This document shows, one piece after another, positions 16,738-19,781 of a DNA stretch of 19,781 nt. The position numbers and the translations under genes were made by a program. The stretch spans positions 1 to 19,781 of the IMG/VR virus record IMGVR_UViG_2548876854_000015; one strand, given 5' to 3'. The stretch is from a virus. Its lineage: Duplodnaviria; Heunggongvirae; Uroviricota; Caudoviricetes. A model generated the notes under the pieces. The model did no database searches, was not told where the DNA came from, and was given only the letters and a program-made list of their open reading frames with translations. Positions within the stretch are counted from its first letter, which is position 1. Each line of letters begins with the position of its first letter.

Positions 16738-17790
16738 ATGAACGAATTAACTCAACAAGAAAATATTAACTCTAATGTTGCGGTTTTCAGCCCTCAGTCC
16801 CTGGCTGCAATTCAGACATTTTCCCAGGTAATGGCTTCCGGCATGGCTACTGTACCGGAACACCTCCGGGGAAATCCATCAGACTGCATGGCCATCACCA
16901 TGCAGGCGATGCAGTGGCAAATGAACCCTTACGCAGTAGCTCAGAAAACTTTCGTTGTGAATGGTGTGCTCGGATATGAAGCGCAACTGGTTAATGCCGT
17001 AATCAGTACTCGTGGGCCGCTAACCGGGCGTATTGAATATGACTGGTTCGGGCCGTGGGAAAAAATTATCGGGAAATTTGAAATCAGGAAGAGCGACAAA
17101 GGGAAAGAATATCGTGTACCTGGCTGGAAGCTGGCCGATGAAAACGGGATCGGTGTTCGTGTCCAGGCAACACTACGCGGCGAAAGTAAACCACGCGTAC
17201 TGGAATTACTTCTGGCGCAGGCCAGAACACGTAACTCAACGCTATGGGCCGACGATCCTCGCCAGCAGCTTGCCTATCTAGCGCTGAAACGCTGGGCGCG
17301 CCTTTATTGCCCCGAAGTGATTCTTGGAGTGTACACCAGGGACGAACTGGACGAGCCACAGGAAAAAATCATTAATCCGGTTCAGGAACATAAAAACACT
17401 TCCGCTTGCCGCGCGGAACGTGAAACAACAATTATTGAGCAGGATGCCGGGGAAAACTGGATCGATGCTTTCCGTGAACGTATTGAGCAGGCACAAAGCA
17501 CCGGGGAAACAACAGCACTTCGCCAGGAAGTGGAAGATCATAAAAATACACTTGGCGCTCTCTATACGGAACTTAAAGGAAAAGTGGTTCAGCGTCATCA
17601 CCGTCTCAATGCTATTGCCCGTATCGAGAAGATGATAAATGACCTACCTTCTTCAGGTGATCCAGAAGCAGAACAAAAATTTACTGCTCTGGAAAATACG
17701 CTGAATGCTGCCCGGCCACATCTGGGTGAATTATATGAGGCGTATAAAACGACACTGACAGATATGAAACCAGAATATATCGGCTCCTGA
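16738..17790 (+). CDS. Putative single-strand annealing protein in the RecT position; family not recognised
   Basis: 350-aa ORF immediately after the recE-like gene with SD GAGGAAGGA. Sequence does not match K-12 RecT (269 aa) as I recall it; function inferred from position only. Confidence 0.45.
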   Translation: MNELTQQENINSNVAVFSPQSLAAIQTFSQVMASGMATVPEHLRGNPSDCMAITMQAMQWQMNPYAVAQKTFVVNGVLGYEAQLVNAVISTRGPLTGRIEYDWFGPWEKIIGKFEIRKSDKGKEYRVPGWKLADENGIGVRVQATLRGESKPRVLELLLAQARTRNSTLWADDPRQQLAYLALKRWARLYCPEVILGVYTRDELDEPQEKIINPVQEHKNTSACRAERETTIIEQDAGENWIDAFRERIEQAQSTGETTALRQEVEDHKNTLGALYTELKGKVVQRHHRLNAIARIEKMINDLPSSGDPEAEQKFTALENTLNAARPHLGELYEAYKTTLTDMKPEYIGS

Positions 17791-17800
17791 TATTGACTTT

Positions 17801-17838
17801 GGCGGTGTAGCCTCACCGCCATCACAAAATTTTATTTT
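17801..17838 (+). terminator. Possible terminator: hairpin GGCGGTG-tagcct-CACCGCC then A/T-rich tract
   Basis: 7-bp stem 11 nt after the stop of the annealing-protein gene; the T-run (ttttatttt) begins 9 nt after the stem, so this is weak. Confidence 0.35.
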
Positions 17839-17853
17839 ATGAGAGAAAAGACA

Positions 17854-18048
17854 ATGCGGTATGAAAAAGTCAAACCATGCCCTTTTTGTGGTTGTCCATC
17901 AGTAACGGTGAAAGCCATTTCAGGATATTACCGCGCGAAGTGTAACGGATGCGAATCCCGAACCGGCTATGGTGGAAGTGAAAAAGAAGCACTCGAACGA
18001 TGGAATAAACGAACCACTGGAAATAATAATGGAGGTGTTCATGTATAA
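17854..18048 (+). CDS. ralR: RalR/Lar (restriction alleviation protein; type I toxin of the ralR/ralA pair in Rac)
   Basis: 64-aa MRYEKVKPCPFCGCPSVTVKAISGYYRAKCNGCESRTGYGG..., four-Cys zinc ribbon. The ralA antisense partner was not located. Confidence 0.85.
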   Translation: MRYEKVKPCPFCGCPSVTVKAISGYYRAKCNGCESRTGYGGSEKEALERWNKRTTGNNNGGVHV

Positions 18049-18229
18049 AATTACCGCCACTATTGAAAAGGAAGGTGGCACTCCTACTAACTGGACAAGG
18101 TACTCAAAAACAAAATTAACCAAATCAGAATGCGAAAAAATGCTCTCAGGTAAAAAAGAAGCAGGCGTTTCCAGAGAGCAGAAAGTAAAACTGATAAATT
18201 TTAATTGCGAGCAACTTCAGTCCTCGTGA
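18029..18229 (+). CDS. ydaC: YdaC (DUF1187) small protein
   Basis: MEVFMYKITATIEKEGGTPTNWTRYSKTKLTKSECEKMLSGKK...; start overlaps the ralR 3' end, SD GGAGGT. An alternative start at 18041 (MYKIT) is possible. Confidence 0.65.
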   Translation: MEVFMYKITATIEKEGGTPTNWTRYSKTKLTKSECEKMLSGKKEAGVSREQKVKLINFNCEQLQSS

Positions 18230-18328
18230 ATTGCATTGTATTCAAATTAAAACTTCATAGCTGATTATTAATAATCAACATCGGGCGTCAATTTCAGTCT
18301 AACATTGGCGCCTGCCAGAGGTGATGCG

Positions 18329-18544
18329 ATGGCACAAGTAATCTTTAATGAAGAGTGGATGGTTGAATACGGCCTGATGCTTCGCACTGGTCTGGGGGCC
18401 AGACAAATTGAAGCATACCGCCAGAACTGTTGGGTGGAAGGCTTCCACTTCAAACGAGTATCTCCTTTAGGGAAGCCAGACAGTAAGCGAGGGATTATCT
18501 GGTACAACTATCCAAAGATAAATCAGTTTATCAAAGACTCATGA
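18329..18544 (+). CDS. xisR: Excisionase (XisR/YdaQ-like)
   Basis: 71 aa from [43 protein letters not shown]..., SD GAGGTG; ends 1 nt before int. Confidence 0.8.
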   Translation: MAQVIFNEEWMVEYGLMLRTGLGARQIEAYRQNCWVEGFHFKRVSPLGKPDSKRGIIWYNYPKINQFIKDS

Positions 18545-18545
18545 T

Positions 18546-19781
18546 ATGTCTAAATTACCAACAGGTGTCGAGATTCGAGGTAAATACATTCGCATCTGGT
18601 TCATGTTTCGAGGAAAACGATGTCGGGAAACATTGAAAGGCTGGGAGGTTACTAACAGTAACATTAAAAAAGCCGGGAATTTAAGAGCGTTGATAGTTCA
18701 TGAAATCAATTCCGGTGAATTTGAGTATTTAAGACGTTTCCCCCAGTCCAGCACTGGGGCAAAAATGGTGACAACGAGGGTCATAAAAACGTTCGGGGAG
18801 CTTTGTGATATCTGGACAAAAATTAAAGAGACAGAGTTAACAACAAACACAATGAAGAAAACGAAATCACAATTAAAAACACTCAGGATAATAATTTGTG
18901 AGAGTACCCCAATATCACATATTCGTTATAGCGATATCTTAAACTACCGGAATGAACTGCTGCATGGAGAAACGCTTTACCTGGATAATCCAAGATCCAA
19001 CAAAAAAGGAAGAACCGTGCGCACAGTTGATAACTATATCGCCCTGCTCTGTTCGTTGTTACGTTTTGCGTATCAGTCGGGATTTATATCAACCAAACCA
19101 TTTGAAGGAGTAAAAAAATTACAGCGAAACAGAATAAAGCCTGATCCGTTATCTAAAACAGAATTCAATGCATTAATGGAAAGTGAAAAAGGACAGAGCC
19201 AGAACTTGTGGAAATTTGCCGTTTACTCCGGGCTTCGTCACGGGGAACTGGCTGCTCTGGCGTGGGAGGATGTGGATTTCGAGAAGGGAATTGTGAATGT
19301 CAGAAGAAACCTGACGATACTTGATATGTTCGGTCCCCCAAAAACAAATGCGGGGATTCGGACGGTAACACTACTGCGGCCTGCTATTGAAGCACTGAAG
19401 GAGCAATACAAACTAACCGGGCATCATCGCAAAAGCGAAATCACTTTTTATCATCGGGAGTACGGCAGAACCGAAAAGCAAAAACTGCATTTTGTTTTCA
19501 TGCCCAGGGTGTGTAACGGAAAACAGAAACCTTATTACTCGGTAAGCAGTCTGGGGGCGAGATGGAATGCAGCAGTAAAACGTGCTGGTATTCGCCGCCG
19601 TAATCCGTACCATACGCGGCATACTTTTGCCTGCTGGTTGTTGACGGCAGGAGCGAACCCGGCATTTATAGCCAGCCAGATGGGGCATGAAACTGCGCAG
19701 ATGGTGTATGAAATTTACGGTATGTGGATTGATGACATGAACGACGAACAGGTAGCTATGTTGAATGCGCGGTTATCATAG
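18546..19781 (+). CDS. intR: Tyrosine integrase (IntR-like)
   Basis: 411-aa ORF with the C-terminal catalytic region (...RHGELAALAWEDVDF...HTRHTFACWLL...) typical of lambda-family integrases. Stop codon TAG is at the window end. Confidence 0.92.
   Translation: MSKLPTGVEIRGKYIRIWFMFRGKRCRETLKGWEVTNSNIKKAGNLRALIVHEINSGEFEYLRRFPQSSTGAKMVTTRVIKTFGELCDIWTKIKETELTTNTMKKTKSQLKTLRIIICESTPISHIRYSDILNYRNELLHGETLYLDNPRSNKKGRTVRTVDNYIALLCSLLRFAYQSGFISTKPFEGVKKLQRNRIKPDPLSKTEFNALMESEKGQSQNLWKFAVYSGLRHGELAALAWEDVDFEKGIVNVRRNLTILDMFGPPKTNAGIRTVTLLRPAIEALKEQYKLTGHHRKSEITFYHREYGRTEKQKLHFVFMPRVCNGKQKPYYSVSSLGARWNAAVKRAGIRRRNPYHTRHTFACWLLTAGANPAFIASQMGHETAQMVYEIYGMWIDDMNDEQVAMLNARLS

Noticed and set aside
16164-17825. 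Alternative-frame ORFs inside the recE 3' end and the annealing-protein gene
   Set aside because: Out-of-frame or antisense to supported genes; no SDs.
18268-18507. 79-aa minus-strand ORF opposite xis
   Set aside because: Antisense to the excisionase, which matches a known protein.
19413-19688. 91-aa minus-strand ORF inside int
   Set aside because: Antisense to the integrase.

Overview
Almost the whole window is one lambdoid prophage that closely resembles E. coli Rac, read here in inverted orientation. The integrase ends exactly at the right edge (stop codon 19779-19781) and a phage-21-type lysis cassette sits at the left edge (pinholin S, SAR endolysin, Rz with embedded Rz1; Rz stop codon at 1-3). 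Gene calls rest on my own reading of the translated ORFs against remembered protein sequences; nothing was searched or computed beyond hand counting. Recognisable by sequence, right to left: int, xis, ydaC, ralR/lar, a recombination pair (RecE-like exonuclease plus a non-RecT partner), racC, ydaE, kilR, sieB, ydaF, ydaG, racR, then on the minus strand ydaS, ydaT, ydaU, ydaV, a ydaW-like gene, three small unassigned genes, and further left a DUF1367-like gene, a ybcO-like gene, a Q-like gene, two tRNA genes and the lysis genes. Between the small genes and the nin-like genes lies accessory cargo: a Hok-family toxin gene and, divergently transcribed, an AT-rich two-gene cassette (310-aa soluble protein plus translationally coupled 184-aa four-helix membrane protein) that I cannot place in any family. 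That cassette is my main candidate for an uncharacterised defence or abortive-infection module. Other points worth a second look are ori-like iterons inside ydaU, operator-like palindromes duplicated in inverted orientation on both sides of racR, a tRNA-Thr/tRNA-Gly pair in the late leader, and a RecE whose C-terminal half and partner gene differ from K-12. No CRISPR array, IS element or rRNA was seen.
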